Below, one piece after another: positions 1-13,702 of a stretch of DNA of 64,000 nucleotides. A program made the position numbers and the translations under genes. Under the pieces are notes generated by a model that made no database searches, was not told the DNA's origin, and saw only the letters and a list, made by a program, of their open reading frames with translations. The first letter of the stretch is position 1. Every line of letters begins with the position of its first letter. This DNA comes from Balamuthia mandrillaris (taxonomy: Eukaryota), in the NCBI GenBank assembly GCA_031835245.2, contig JAVKOQ020000077.1:124001-188000 (forward strand), written 5' to 3'.

Positions 1-71
1 ACGGCCTCGGTGGAGGAAGCCAGAAGCCACAAGGCCAACAGCGCCAGCAAGAAAGTGAAGAAGAAACGCAT
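1..71 (-). CDS. 5' end of a secreted protein (signal peptide), runs off the window edge
   Basis: ATG at 71 on the minus strand reads MRFFFTFLLALLALWLLASSTEA, a typical signal peptide. It is preceded by an AAAC/ACAAC-rich leader like other 5' UTRs here. Confidence 0.6.
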   Translation of the reverse strand, partial: MRFFFTFLLALLALWLLASSTEA

Positions 72-396
72 TTTCAAGCTTGTTTGTTTGTTGAGCTCGC
101 GTTACTTGTGTTGTTTGTGTTGTGTTGTGTTGTGGGGAAAAAAGAGGAAAAGAGGCGAAGAAGGCCAATGTTTAAATGCGACTTTCATGAGTTGACCGCA
201 GCTGAAATGGAACTCTTTATGAACCTCATTTCACGTTTTGCTCCTCCTCGGTGAAAGAGTTGGTCAACCGGAAGCAGCTTCTTCCTTTTTTTGTTATTAA
301 TCTCTCCTGAAGAGACCTCTCTTGACTCGTGTGCCCTTCTCGCCGTTTCTTCTTTCGGTTTTGTCTCTTTGAGGGGAGGGGAGGAGCTCACACAAA

Positions 397-438
<42 letters not shown>

Positions 439-572
439 AGAGGAAGAGCAAGAAGAACAAGAAAGAACGTAATGAGAAAGAAAAAAATTGTTAATAATAA
501 TGAAGCATGGGACAGGGATCTGTTTCGTTCAAGTTTGGTTTCGTTATGCGTCTTCTATGGCGCTTTGGGGTT

Positions 573-3500
573 TTAGTGACGTCCAAAAGCAAAGCCGCCA
601 GAGCCAGGGGGGGTCAAAGAAGGGCCTCCGGGGCGTGGGGCACCTCCAAGGGATGCTCCTCCTCCGAGTCCTCCTCCCACAATACCGCTGCCGGTGTGAA
701 CCACGCCGAGGGGGCGGCCGAGGCCAATGGGGCCAGAGCCAGGGCCAGCTGGCGGCATCATTTGCATGCCTGTTGGTATGCCAGAGAGAGGGTGACCCAT
801 GGGCATGCCGGTGTGGATTGGAGGGGGCATGCCTGTCAGGATTGGCACCGGCATACCGGAAGCCGTCGCATAAACTGCTGGTTCTATTTTTATTTTTTCG
901 AAGTTAGAGCGAAGCAGAGAGAGAGAGAGAGAGAGGAGAATGAGAGAGGGGCAAACGTACGGCCATCATCTTCCTTGGGCTTGGCAGTCAAAGCGTCCAA
1001 CTTGGTGCTGAACTCGCGCATGACTTGGATCATGTAGGGCATGACAAAGTCGGTAACTCCGTGTCTCCATGCCAGCTCTAACGCCACGTCGGGCCTCACA
1101 AACTCATAACAGGTGTAAAGACAGGCAGAAAAGCATTCTTTCCTGCCTTTCTCCAAAAAGTAGCTAAGGAGTCCTTCCACAACCTTATGAACATCAACAA
1201 TCACCGGAAAAAATATATATTAAATCAAAGAACAAATGAAAGAAAAGAGAGAAAAGCATGTAGGGTGTACCTGAGGATCTTGCGACTCAGCAGCGGTTGC
1301 CATGGCATCTTGGACGAGATCGTCCTCCTTGCTGAGCTCCACGGACCTGGCAAACTGTCCGTTCTTCTTGTACAAGAACGCCGCGATCCTCTTGAACTCC
1401 AACAACGTGTGCTTCTCCAACCTCTTGGCCAGCTTCACTGCATCAAAGGCATTGTGTTGGTCGATCGAATGACGAAGGGCCTCGTGATCCTCTGCCTCAA
1501 AGTATAGGTCGTGAAGGGCCTCGTTGACAGCGGCGTTGTTCTCCCCTTGCACCGACTCGAGGTAGGGTTGAACAACGGCGAGGACATTAGCGTCGCGGGC
1601 GACACGGACGACGCGGGCGTGATCGACCTTGTTGGCGATGGCCTTGAGGAGGTCATTGGTCAGGAGAGGGTGCTCAGAGAGGTAGAAGCGGATGACGCGG
1701 TAGTAGATGTCTGGGTTGGTGACTCTGGGAAGGAGGTCACGGAGGTCGGCGTGGTCCCATGCCTCCACTGGATGGGCGATCATTGTGGCTACAGCGCTGT
1801 CATACTCCTCGTAGCTAATGAAGAAAGAAAGTTAGAAATGAACAAAACCGAGATAAACAAGAGAGAGAAAGACGAGAAAGAAAGGTAACGTACTTCTTGT
1901 AGAGGAACGTGAGCTGCTTCCATTGGTGATTAGCCTGACAAATGCGAATGACCTTGGGAGTGTTAAGGCGGCTGCCAAAGATGTTGAGGTGCTCCTCCAA
2001 CTTCTCGGGCTTGTACTTGGAGTAGAGAATGGCCAACTCGGTAAACATTCCCACGTGAGCTCGCTCCAGCCCAAGACCAGATTCCAAAGCGCTCACAATC
2101 TCATCATAGAATCCTTTTGGGTGAAAACAATGGAAAAAAAAAAGATGCATGTCAGAATAAAAGGTGACGAAAAAGAACAAAGAAGAAAACAAGGATCGAA
2201 CTAAGCATACCTCTGGTCTCATATTGTCTGATGAGCTCGTCCAAGTCATCAGGATTGATCATGATGTGAAGAGCACAGATTTGAGCCAGGCGGAACTCCT
2301 TGGCCTCAACAAGGTATAAGTTGACCTCCTTCCAGGTGCGCGTGTTGTTGGCCTTGCGGGCAGCCTCAACAGCGGAGGAATACTGCTTCAGCTTGACCAA
2401 AGTAGTGGCCAGGCGAGCAAAGTTGCTGATGTTTGTGAACAACAACTTGGCGGCCTCATAGAGCTCCTCATCGAAGCAACGGTTACCGACTTCTTGGATC
2501 TTATTTGATGATTATTAATGTCATGTTTCGCAAACACAAACAAGCAAACAGACAAGAACTGAACGTACTTGAGCAATGTTGGGACTGGTGATAAACTCCT
2601 CCAACTCAGCAAGCCTGTCAAGCTTAGCCAAGGAGTAGACAAGCTCAGACTCCACGCGGGCCTCCTTGACCTTGTTCCGGGCCATCTGCAGGTACTTAAC
2701 AAGGTCCTCCCAGAGTCCCGCACTCTCAGCGCTTCGGATGACTTGAACGTTATTGGTAGCGTCTCCCGCCTTCAAGTACGATCCTTTTGTTCAAAGAGAG
2801 GGAGAAAGAAGGTCAGAATCAGAGTTCAACAAAGAGAAGAGAGACAAGAGAAAAACAGAAGCGCACCAATGGCATCTTTGACGTCTCCACTGGTCAACTG
2901 GAAGTCGGCAAGGAGGCTCCAGACCTTTGGCCGGGTGGCCTCAGGGCAGTTGTCAGCAAACTCGGAGGCTCTGCCAACGTCTCCTAATTTTTTGAGCAAT
3001 ATTCTAATGGCCTCCTCATTCTCGTTGAACTTCTTGTAGATAGCAAAGGCCTCTTCAAACATCTTATGCTCCTCAGATTCTGAAATTATTAAATCAGTTA
3101 AAAATGGCTCGTCTCTCTCTTTTCTCTTTTTCAAACAGAAGCAAACATACCAGCAATCTTAGCAATGTCAATAGCATCAAAGTTGTCGAGGCGCTGGATA
3201 TAATCCATGACGCGAGGAGGATCCGCCTTGATAGCCGTCAAAATGAGCAAGTTCTGAAGGTTCCTGTTGTCGCTAAACTCGCTTCTCTCCAACACAATCC
3301 TCTCCAAAAGGTCAATCAACTCGGTAGGCCTATCAGCATCCATAAGAGCCTTCACAGTGACCGAAACCTCCTCTGGCTTCTTGGACTCGGGAAGAGCAGT
3401 CTGAATGACCTGATCCAGGACTTGTTTGCAGTACTCGTTGTCCTCGCGGAGGACCTTACTCCAAAGCTCTGGGCTTTGCCTCTCCACTAAGTAACGAGCC

Positions 3501-6500
3501 TGATTCTTGAACTATTATATTTGTTTTTGTTGGCGCGAGTTATTAGTGGTGAGATAACAAACTCAACGGAAATAGAGACTGTACCAGCTGATTCTTGTTG
3601 GTAACATCGATAAGCTCATCATCGCAAAGACCTCTCTTGTAGGCCACAAACGCCAAATGAGGGTCCCTGTTCTCGCAGTACTTGCCCACCACGCGCGAGT
3701 CATAGAATGCGTTGTGCATGAGGAACCGCTCCGGATCCTGATTGTTGTCCACGTAGACCTTGGCAAGCGCGTTGTGAGTGGTAGGCTCCTGGTTGCCCTC
3801 CGCCACACGATCTTCCAACCACTGCTGAATGATCTTAAGGCGGTTCCTCTCCTCCACTTTCTCCACCAGCTCTCCTACTGGGCAGAGGTTGCGCACTGTG
3901 GCGAGGAGCTTTTGTATAAAGTCCTCATTGCAGTCCACATCAATGAGAGCGCCGATCACAGAGGGCGTGTTGACAGGGTTGATTTGGGTGACGTAGGCCT
4001 CAATGAACTGCAGCATGGTGTTGTGATAGAGGTAGCGGGTGAGGTCCTCCACAAAGTCGTAGCGATCGCACACGATGATCAAAGGCAGTTGATCAGTCAG
4101 GTGGGCGTCCTGTGTGGTTACTCTTGCGTGAGAAAGGAAAAAAGAAAGAAGAACAAAGAAGAAGAAAGTCGTACCTTAAGGAAGTCGCGCACTTTCTCGG
4201 GGTCATAAAAGTTGCTCTCTCGGCAAACCCTCTCCACATCCGCAACTTGGTTCAACTTGGTGGCAGCTTCGATGTACTTGAAGTGAACCTCAGGATCTTC
4301 CTCGTAGCTGATGATGCCGCCGAGATACAGGTAAACTCCTTCCACGCTGTTAAACTCCTCGAACATACTGATCACGCGTGCGGGTTGCAACTCGTTGCTG
4401 TACTTAGTAGCAATTTGAGCAACAATATTGAGGTTTTGCCTCACGCTTTGGCGGAGCAGCTCTCTCAGCAAGTCAAGACGTTCCTCCACAGGAATGCGCG
4501 CAACGTAATTCACCAAAAACTGTTTCAAGAAAAGAATGTTAGGCCTCGCAACTGGAGCCACAGAGAGAGAGCGAGAGAGAGAACCTCAGGATTGATAGCG
4601 TGAGAATTCATGAACACGCGCTTGATGTCGTTAATGTCGGTATAGTGCTCCAATGCCTTCATTAAAATCAGATGTATTAGGTAACAACACCAGAAAGTGA
4701 AGAGCGAAGATAGGGAACAAACGTACCCGTTGGAAAAGACCCGCCTGTTCGCACAACTTGGCAATGTAGTTGCGATCATAGTGAGAGTACATTTCTTTGC
4801 CCAAGATCACGTCAGCCACCTGTGGAGCTGAGCGGAGGTTGATTTCAAGGAGGCGGGTCTGAAGCTGACCTTCCTCGGGGCGGTTGCCCTTCAACGCATC
4901 CAACAAGAATGAGGTAGTCTCTGGGATCATGTTACGGGACATAAACAAGTCTACAACCTAGAGAATAACGTTATCCTGTTAGAAACTAAAAAGTTGAAAA
5001 AATAGGAGGGAGAGAGAGGAGACTAACCCCACGAGGGTCCAGAGAGCCAGGATTTTCTTGCATGATCTTTGATGCAAAGCCAGCAGCTCCTTGCGGGTTG
5101 GTCTGAACCAAGTTGCTGAGGATAAACATGTAATCGGGCTTATAGTCAGTCTTCTGGGAGAAGGCAACAATGCGGTCGTATTGTCCGGTAGCGGCCAAGC
5201 TCTGCACTACCTTGTCCTTGGCATCGGCGAGGTAATATATAGACATGGCGAGGTTTTGATCGTAAGGTCGCACCATGTCTCCAAGCTCCTCACTGCATTC
5301 CAGCTGAAGAACCAAGAAATCAATACATAAAAACACATGCAAAAGTTAAGTTTGTTACTTACCTTCTCCTCCTTGACCCAAGTTTGGAGCATCTGAGCAC
5401 GTCCCTGCTGCAAAATGGGGCGAGCAATCTCCAAAGATTCGATCTTGTTGAGCTTGCCTTTCTCCAACAGGATGGAGAAGTACTGCAACAAGGGAGAGCG
5501 GCTTCCCTGTGTAGCGGGCAGCTGTTGGAATCGCTGAATGGTTTGCATGGTCCTCAAGCAGCCCTGTTGTGCTTCTTTGTTAGCTACATGAGAAAAGTAA
5601 ACAAATAGAAACAACAAACCTGAGGAGACTCAGCAGCAAGTCTAGCAGCCTCATCATATCTTCCCGCACTGAACAGCTGGTTGAACTTGTTGCTTACAAT
5701 GTCCAACAAGAAGCTGCCCCCAACATTATTTCTGGCGGCAAACCTCAGCGCCAACTCGTAGTTGTTGTGAGTGTTGCATATGTAGGGAATGATGGTGTTC
5801 TCGTTGATAGTGACAGAGAGGACTTGACCCCTCTTGTTGACGCCCAAGATACCTCCATTGGATTGTTGAGGGGCGGTTACGAAGATGGTGTCCGTCACGA
5901 TGCGGTTCATGTAGATAAGAGTAGCGGACTCCAGGTCAAAGACGTGGATGTAGCCAAACTTGGTGACCATGTAGATGATGCTGTATTTGGTGCTGACTTG
6001 GAGAGCAACAGGGAAGTCCTGGGAGGCTTCGGGAGGGAAGAACAGGTCTGTTTGCTTCTTCTGGAACTTGGCATCGCTGCCTGATGCGCCAACCTCCAAC
6101 ACGTACAACTGGGAAATGAAATACAAGATCTTAAGAAAGAAGAAGGAGAAAGAAGACGGTATGAAAAACGCACTTTGGCAGCAGTGGCTCCCCTGGTGGC
6201 GAAGCAAAGCAAAGATACAGGCTGAGTGGCACCATCAGGCACGTAGGTAGCGAAGGAGGCTGCGTGGCCTTCCAAAGGTTGACTGATCTTCCTGTCTACA
6301 GAGTACAACTGCATGTTGCCCACGATTCTCTCGCCCTGCTTCTCGATGCCGATGAGCACACACCACTTCTCGTTGTGATCCACGCGGTAGTTGATGATTT
6401 GGCAGTTTTGCAGGTTTTGGTGGCGAGCAAAGATCTTGACAGGCTTTTCCTTGCTCATCACGTTCCAGTGATAAACGCTCGTCTGTGTGACCAGCGCCAT

Positions 6501-7125
6501 CTTGTTCTCGTTCAGCCACCTCCAGTAGACTACTGGCTCTTGCATGGTGGTATCACTGACTGGTTGCCTGGCTCCCAAATCAACGACTTGTAACTGCGTT
6601 TGCTCTTTGTTTTTTTTTTTGGTTTTTTAGTGGTGATAAAGAATACAAGTGTAACAAAGGAGTAACAAAATAGGTACCCTTTCTCAAAGCCAAGACGTAT
6701 CGCTCAGGGTTCATCACCGCGGACTCAGCGGCAATGGGACGCTTAAGGACGTTGTTGGGGTTTTGCAAGTCCACGATGGTGATCACAGACTCGCCAGAGG
6801 AGGAGTCGCAGACGCACAGGTAGCGCTCAGACTCCATCGTTAGCGTCGCAAAGCCGATGGCGTTGAGGTTGATGCCGAGTGCGGGCAGCTACATAGAAAA
6901 AAAATTTTTTGAGGTAAGGTGAGTGAGTGATCCTTAAAAAAATCCATTCACAAAAGCGACTCTTTGTTTAGCGCCGTGGAGCGCTTCATCTTGATGAACG
7001 AAAAGAGAGAAGAGGGGAGCAAAAGAAGAAAAGAGGAGAGACTCTCAAGACAAGGGGGGAAAAGATTGAACACTAACCTGCACGAGCTCCTTGAAGAGAA
7101 TGGGGATGTCCCGTGATGCTTCCAT
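573..7125 (-). CDS. CHC: Clathrin heavy chain (multi-exon)
   Basis: Exon translations match clathrin heavy chain throughout: [16 protein letters not shown] start, [103 protein letters not shown]. Ends in a Pro/Gly/Met-rich tail with TAA at 573-575. Confidence 0.97.
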
Positions 7126-7694
7126 TGTTTTGTTGTTGTGTTACTTTTTTTTTTGTTATCCTATCCTATCTGTCTATCCACTCTGTATCATCAGCAAAGA
7201 TGAAGGGTTAGACATCACAAAAAAAAAAAAGAACGAAAGATGAACATTAAAAAAAATAAATAGAAAAAAGAAAAAAAGGAGAGAGAGAGAGAGAGAGAGA
7301 GAGAAAATAAGGTGGCAAATCTCACAAAATCTTCACACGAAATCAAGCCACCAAAAGAAAAGAAAAGTGAAAGAAAACACAAAAAATAAAAAAGAGTGAG
7401 CGTGTGTGTGTGTGAGGTGTGTGAAGTGGTTTTTTTGTTGTTTTGTTCCAAAAATAAAAATAAAAAAAAACAAACGCAAAGGCACCCACTTTAAAAAATA
7501 AAAATCAAGTACCTCCTTTTTCTCTCTCCTTTCCCTTTCGGTTCCCCCCCCCCCTTCTAGTGTGTGTGCTTCCTTCCTTTTCTTTTTTTTATTTATTTTG
7601 GTGGGGGCGAAGAAGCCCACCTTTTTTTTTTTTGTCTGTCCGCACAACAGAAAAAAAATTCGTGCGCAAAAGGAAGGAAGGAGAAAAAGTAGGA

Positions 7695-7787
7695 TGAGGT
7701 CAGCCTTTCCCTTTTTTTGAGGAATGTGATGTCAGCAAGCAGGCGGAATTATCCTTTTCCTGCGCGTGTGACGTCATGCATGAGTCA
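7695..7787. promoter_or_regulatory. Cluster of bZIP-type (CRE/AP-1-like) sites in the divergent CHC/NDUFB3 promoter
   Basis: TGAGGTCA 7695-7702, TGATGTCA 7727-7734, TGACGTCA 7769-7776 and TGAGTCA 7781-7787 within 93 bp. Confidence 0.4.
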
Positions 7788-7975
7788 TGTTTCGATTGTG
7801 GGAATGGTTGCATTCCTTTCATTCTTCAGTGATGTCGACGAAATTTAGTGGAGACATGGATCAGTACGTTGAACAAAGTGAGTTTGTCCAAAACGTTGGT
7901 GACTTGTAGGAGAGGAGTTTCCTCTTCATTTGCAACGAAAAAAACTAACGAAGAAAGAAAGATTGAACAACAAAG

Positions 7976-8359
7976 ATGGATCCACACAACAGCACGGGAA
8001 GCTTTTTGGGGGATTACAGGAAGTTCTATCAGGAGAACCTGCAAAGGGTGTTGGGAAGCAAGCCCTCCACTCCCCCTTTGCCCGATTGGCGCCGCGCCGT
8101 GCGCGCCACCTTTGGCCAGGCCCCTCTGGTCGACCCCACGCCGCCCCCCGTCGCCGAGGCGGACCTCAAACGACCGTTTGGCGGCGCCAACGAGGCCTGG
8201 CGCAAGCACCCTCTCATCAACCCTGGAAGCCGTTCCATGTGGGCGTTTTTGCCGGGCTTAAGGCCCGCCATCCTCATTTTTGGCGCTTATGTCGTCGGTG
8301 AGAGCATCTACTACTCGCTGAAGGGAGATAAATCTTCTTCTCATTCCGCTCACCACTAA
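7976..8359 (+). CDS. NDUFB3: NADH:ubiquinone oxidoreductase subunit B12 (NDUFB3-like)
   Basis: C-terminal half EAWRKHPL...FLPGLRPAILIFGAYVVGESIY resembles plant-type B12 (WRKHPML...LPG.GI....F.VYLVGEQIY). One TM helix, single exon, N-terminal extension. Confidence 0.8.
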   Translation: MDPHNSTGSFLGDYRKFYQENLQRVLGSKPSTPPLPDWRRAVRATFGQAPLVDPTPPPVAEADLKRPFGGANEAWRKHPLINPGSRSMWAFLPGLRPAILIFGAYVVGESIYYSLKGDKSSSHSAHH

Positions 8360-8668
8360 AGCGGTACGTTTCCTTTCTTGATCTTGTTGGAATAAGATCA
8401 TCGCTCGGGGCTAACTCTTTGCAAAACACTTACACATAAACAGATGCACAAAAATGAAATAGTTGTAAAAGGATCCCGTTTTTTTTTTTCGAACAAAGAA
8501 GCACCGTTTGGCTGATGTTTCACTCTTCGTTTTCTTTTTCGTCGTTTCTCTTCACTTTGTTACTCTCTTCCTGTTCTCTTTATGCTGCTTTGCATTCGCC
8601 ATCCTTTTTCTCTCCTCGCTCTCTCTCACTAGCCTCCTTGTAGTCGTGCTCTTTCCCTTTTCGCTCAT

Positions 8669-8850
8669 TCTCTCCTCTCCTCTCCTCTCCTCTCCTCTCC
8701 TCTCCTCTCCTCTCCCTCTCCTCTCCTCTCCTCTCCTCCTCTCCTCTCCTCTCCTCCTCTCCTCTCCTCTCCTCTCCTCTCCTCTCCTCTCTCCTCTCCT
8801 CTCCTTCCTCCTCTCCTCTCCTCTCCTCTCCTCCTCTCCTCTTTCCTCTC
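8669..8850. repeat. Polypyrimidine (CTCCT/CTCTC)n microsatellite
   Basis: About 180 bp composed almost entirely of C and T in 5-nt units. Confidence 0.9.
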
Positions 8851-8948
8851 CGCTCCGCTCCTTTTCTATTGTTTCTGAGCTTTCTCTTCCAGTGTTTCTA
8901 TCTTTTTACTGTAAAGCTCAAACATAATAATTCATCAGTTTTTTCTAT

Positions 8949-9475
8949 TTAGGCCCACAACATGGAGAAGCCAGGGCTCAACTTGCCACCCGCAGAGTCA
9001 CCGCCATCACCACCGCTTTCCCTCACCTCAATGCTGCCCGTCATGCCACCCTGGCAATGGGGGGTGCACATGTAGTGCAAGGTCTGCCCGGCATCCTGCT
9101 CCTGGATGGTGTACGTGTAGATGTGGCCCACGTCCTGCAAGCCCTCCGTGGTGAAACCCTGAGAGGGAAGGGCGGTGCAGGAGTCAGCTCCGTCGGTTTG
9201 GACCACGTCATGGCCGCCGCTGGCCCACAGCCATTCAATCTCGTCCCCAACGGAGGCTTGCACGGTACGTGGAGCAAAGGTGAGGTCTCCGTTCTCGCCA
9301 ACAATCACGTTTATCTCTGTGAGAAAGAAAGCAGGGCATTGCGTTAGGAGAATGCCTTGACTGAAGCAGACAAGAACAGGCAAAACGTACTTGCGGCGAA
9401 GCACGATGGAGTCAGGATGGCCAACATGCACACAGCTGCCAGCACAACGCAAAGGGAAGTTGTCTTCGTCATCAT
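8949..9475 (-). CDS. Secreted cupredoxin (type-1 blue copper, plastocyanin-like), 2 exons
   Basis: Exon 1 signal peptide MMTKTTSLCVVLAAVCMLAILTPSCFA. Exon 2 has LTFAPRTVQASVGDEIEW, GGHDV (His ligand) and YMCTPHCQGGM (Cys, His, Met ligands). Confidence 0.88.
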
Positions 9476-10651
9476 GAAAAGAAATTGGTACGTTATCTCC
9501 GTTGTTGCTGTTGTTGAAACGTTTTTTCAGTTGTTGTTTCAGTTTAGTGTAACCTTTTTAACAAAAGAAAGAACAAAGAAGCAGCGACGCTTGGTTTCTA
9601 CTTATAGTTGAAGGAGCCATCCTCATGCTCCTCCGGAAGATGAAGCAAAGGAGAGCAGCGGGAGAAAGGATGAATCAACAGGTCAGCTGACAGTTCGGCT
9701 AAATTGTGTTGATCAACACCATCCCATCCGCCGCATCTCCCTTCCAACCTCCAAACCAATCAGGAGCAACTTGTTTATGGCCCTTCTGCAGGTTTGCTTG
9801 CTTTTTGTGCGCACTCTTTCTTTGGTTTGCCTTGCCCTCTCTCCGCGAAAAGTCATGGCGAGAGCGAATTGTTTTTATGACCTGTTGTTTGTTGATAGGC
9901 CATGAACTTGATGGACACTCTTTCTCATTTTTCCCGGCAGAAAGAGGGGGGAGAGAGAGAAAAGGTTGATGGCGGGATGACCAAACACAAACACACACGA
10001 GAAACACACACACTCTCTCTCTCTTGGTAATGTGTCAATTCTTTCAAACTTGTTGCACTGTAACGCGCGCCTCTCTTTATGGGTTTTGGTTGATGTTTTC
10101 AGTTGAATGCCATGGAATGAACAAAAACCCCAAACTGCAACTCAAACTGGAAAAGAAGAAGAAACAAAGATGCAAGGCAACGCAACCCCTCCCTTCTATC
10201 GCAATTCGGTTCAGTAGGATAGCAGATAACGGAGGAAACAGTGAATATGGCCACGATCGAGGAGAGGAGAGAGCCTTGAGAAAGTGTCGACAAAAACATT
10301 TTTCGGTAAAATTTTTCCAGGAAGACATTGAGATAACCCTAACCCTAAGTAATAAACGAACCCTAACCCAAAACTATACAAGTAATTTGCCAATTGCCTT
10401 GAGTTTTTTGGCGGCAAAGGAAAGGAAAGAAAAGACAAGAAGAAGAAGAAAGAAACGACAAAAAGTAGTGTGCGTTGCGTAGTGTCAGGGGCGATCGATT
10501 GAAGTGGTTAAAATCTAGAGACAAAAAAGGTTTGTGTTACAACAAAACAACAAAGACGTTTGTGCGTTGATTTTGAAGTATTTTTTTTGCTGTTGATCAG
10601 ATTCGATTCGATTCGATTGATTGGATTGGATTGGATACTGTGCCACAAAAC

Positions 10652-13568
10652 ATGGTCGATCTCTACCGCAAGATCGTGTGGGTGGCTCTGTGGGTCACGG
10701 CGGTGCCGCTCCTCGCGGTGCTCCTCCCTCTCTGCTACGCCCTCTTCTTCTGGCTGGACTTTTACTTTGTCTCCTTCTTCCTCTTCCTCTTCGTGACGGG
10801 CGGCTACGGCTACCTCTTCTACGAGACCTTCTTGGGCAAGCCTTTGGCCCTGCACCACTTCTTCGCCCGAGCCTTTGCGCAGATGGTGCTGCTCAAGCCG
10901 ATGCTCCTCTCGCAGCTGCGCATCTTGGAGGCCAGTCGGCGCGGGGTCCTGCGTCTCCTGCCCTGCGACCTTCGCTCCGGGTATCAGACCGACCTGGACC
11001 ATTTGGGCTTTGAGGATCAGCACCGCTTCCGCGGCCTCATTGCTCGCAACTTGGAGACGCTCTCTCGCTACAACATACACCTCATCCAGAAGCGTAACTT
11101 TGGCATCTTTGTCTCCTACAGCCTGTACAAGTGGTACCTGTCGATCCTGGAGGAGGGCTTTCAGTGGATGATCTATCCTTTCCCTCTCTTCTCCTTCACG
11201 CTCTATCCCATCAACCAAATGGACGGCATTCACACGTTTTTGCTCGACTTTATGCTCAACATTCATCAGGTAACTTCCATTCTTGTGCCTGTTTCTCGTT
11301 CTCGTTCTCGTTCTCGTTCTCGTTCTCGTTCTCGTTCTCGTTCTCGTTCTCGTTCTCGTCTTTCTTTGCTAACGTGCAAAACACATTTTTGAACGCCATA
11401 GATTAACTGCTTCAAAGATGCTGTGAATTATGTAAAGAGAGTTATAAAGTTTGAACGTATATTGAAGGAAGTGTTGTTGGACCTCAAGGAGCGGAAGAGG
11501 CGTTGCTTATTGCCACCCAACTTTGTGCTGCGCAAAGTCATTGCACAAATCGATCGGACGATGGAAGGCATCGTGGCAGAGGCTTCTAGTGGTCCTTCTG
11601 AAGAGAAAACTATTGCAGTATGTTCCTCTCTCTCTCTCTCTCTCTCTCTCCTCTCTTCATTCTCACAAATTGTGCTCCTGCCTTATTAGGACTGTACCAA
11701 GCACGTATTGTACACCCATTTACAGCAACAACTGACTCAATTCTCCGCTGTATCAACAAGTACGTCATCTCTCTTCTCTCTGCTCTCTCTCTTCTTTCTC
11801 ACAAAGCCTGTATATTTACCGCGTCAAACAGCCAAAAAAGAAATGCTTTTGCTACATTTGGAGAAAGCCATCGCTCAGTCTGTGCTTCGGTCAGGCTATA
11901 TACCGCTCAGAGATTACCTTCAACTCATTCTAACAGAAAACGAGGAGGCAGAGACTGAGAGAAAATACAACAAACACCACAACAACGGACGGCATTCACC
12001 TTTGTTAAGTTTGGACGGAAGCCGGCGAGACCGAAACGGCGCAGAAGATGACAAAGAAGCTGAAAAAGCAGATGAACAAAAGACACAAACAGAAACAACC
12101 ACAACAAAAAAGACAACAAACAGCAAAGAAAAGGATAAAGGAGAGGATGGACGTTTTTATGGTTATGGCGGAAATGGAGTCGATGCGGACAGCGAAGAAG
12201 TGGGCATATGGCGGTTGCCTGATGGCAAAAACATTTACAAGTACTTTTTGCGCTTGCATACGACCACCGATATGTCACCCTCCGAAGTGCATGAGATTGG
12301 ACTCAGAGAGATGCACAGAATACAACGAGAAATCCGTTCCATTCTCCAGGAAGAGGGTATCTCTTTCTCTGCTTCTATCTGCTTTTTAGCGTCGTTGGTT
12401 TAACTCGTTTCCTTTCCTCCATCCTAAAAATAAAGGATTGAACGCGGAGGACTTGGCATTGTCTATGAAGCAACTGAGGGAAGATTCGCGGTACTTACAA
12501 CCAGAAACGGAAGAAGGCAAGAAAGCCATTCTTCAGGGCTACAAAGAGATTCTTACAGAGGCAGAAAATAAAATGGGAGCTTTGTTCGACCTCAAGCCGG
12601 ACGTTACCGTGGAGGTCGAGCCGGTGCCTGCCTTCAAAGAGAAGGGAGCGCCTCTCGCTTATTATTTACCACCACCTTTGGATCGTTCTAAAGGTTCGGT
12701 TTCCTTCCTCCCTTCGCTCTGTTCTCTGCTATCTTTTCTTTCTTCTCCTTGGCTCTAAAACATTCCTTTCAGGCGGTACATTCTATTGCAACTTGAAAGA
12801 CGTTAACAAGCACGTGTCCTGGGCGATGCGCACCCTGGCATTCCACGAGGGCATCCCCGGCCACCACTACCAACTGGCGGTGGCCCAGCAGTTGCGCCGG
12901 CTTCCCATCCTACAGAGGAACGCCCCCATCACGGCCTATGCGGAGGGCTGGGCGCTCTATGCGGAGCAACTGGCTTTTGAGTTTGGCATGCTGCCGACGC
13001 GGTTGGATCGACTGGGCTTCTTCCATTTCGAACTTTTGTACGTACCAAGAACAAAGCAACAAAAAAATAGGCAACGAAAAAGAAACTAACGCATGACTAA
13101 CGTATTTGTTTTTGGTTTGATGACAAACAGGAGGGCGGTGCGTTTGGTTGTGGATACGGGCATCCATGCCTTCAGATGGAGCAGAGAGCAGGCCATCGAG
13201 TTTATGGTGCATAACACCGGCATAGACGAGGAGGAGGTCACCGTCGAAGTGGAACGTTATATCGTCTTACCTGTACGTTGAGACTTTTCTCGTTTACTGT
13301 TTGCATTGAACACCACCACTTAAACGATCTATTTTTATAGGGACAAGCTTGTGCCTATAAGATTGGACAACTCAAAATTCTGGAGCTGCGAGAACGAGCA
13401 AAGACGACGTTGGGAGAGGACCGTTTCAGCCTGAAGGAGTTTCACAAGGTGATTCTCTCCTCGGGCGCTCTGCCGCTCCCCATTTTGGAGGAGGTGGTGA
13501 TGCATTGGCTGGACGCTACGAGCACGAAAAGAAAAACAACTACAGAGGAAAAACTAAAGGATGAATGA
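10652..13568 (+). CDS. DUF885-family putative metallopeptidase with N-terminal TM helices (multi-exon)
   Basis: [90 protein letters not shown] and FH..IL..GALPL are the conserved blocks of the mostly bacterial DUF885 family. Stop TGA at 13566-13568. Confidence 0.9.
11293..11358. repeat. (TTCTCG)n hexanucleotide microsatellite in an intron
   Basis: About 11 tandem copies. Confidence 0.9.
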
Positions 13569-13702
13569 AGCTCAACGGGGGCAGAAAAACAACAACAAGT
13601 AGAACAAGCACAAAACTACTTTTGGAACGAACAAAAAACAACTTGAACAAAAGAGTTTCTTGTTTTTTTTTTGGTTCCCTGAAAGCAATTTTCTTGGAGT
13701 AT

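Noticed and set aside
2760..2769. 10-nt match (CGTCTCCCGC) between the predicted Fanzor guide and the clathrin gene
   Set aside because: A 10-mer match in 64 kb on two strands is expected by chance roughly one time in eight, and the match breaks at the next base.
10334..10369. Telomere-like TAACCC units
   Set aside because: Only two short runs of about two copies; too little to call an interstitial telomere or telo-box element.
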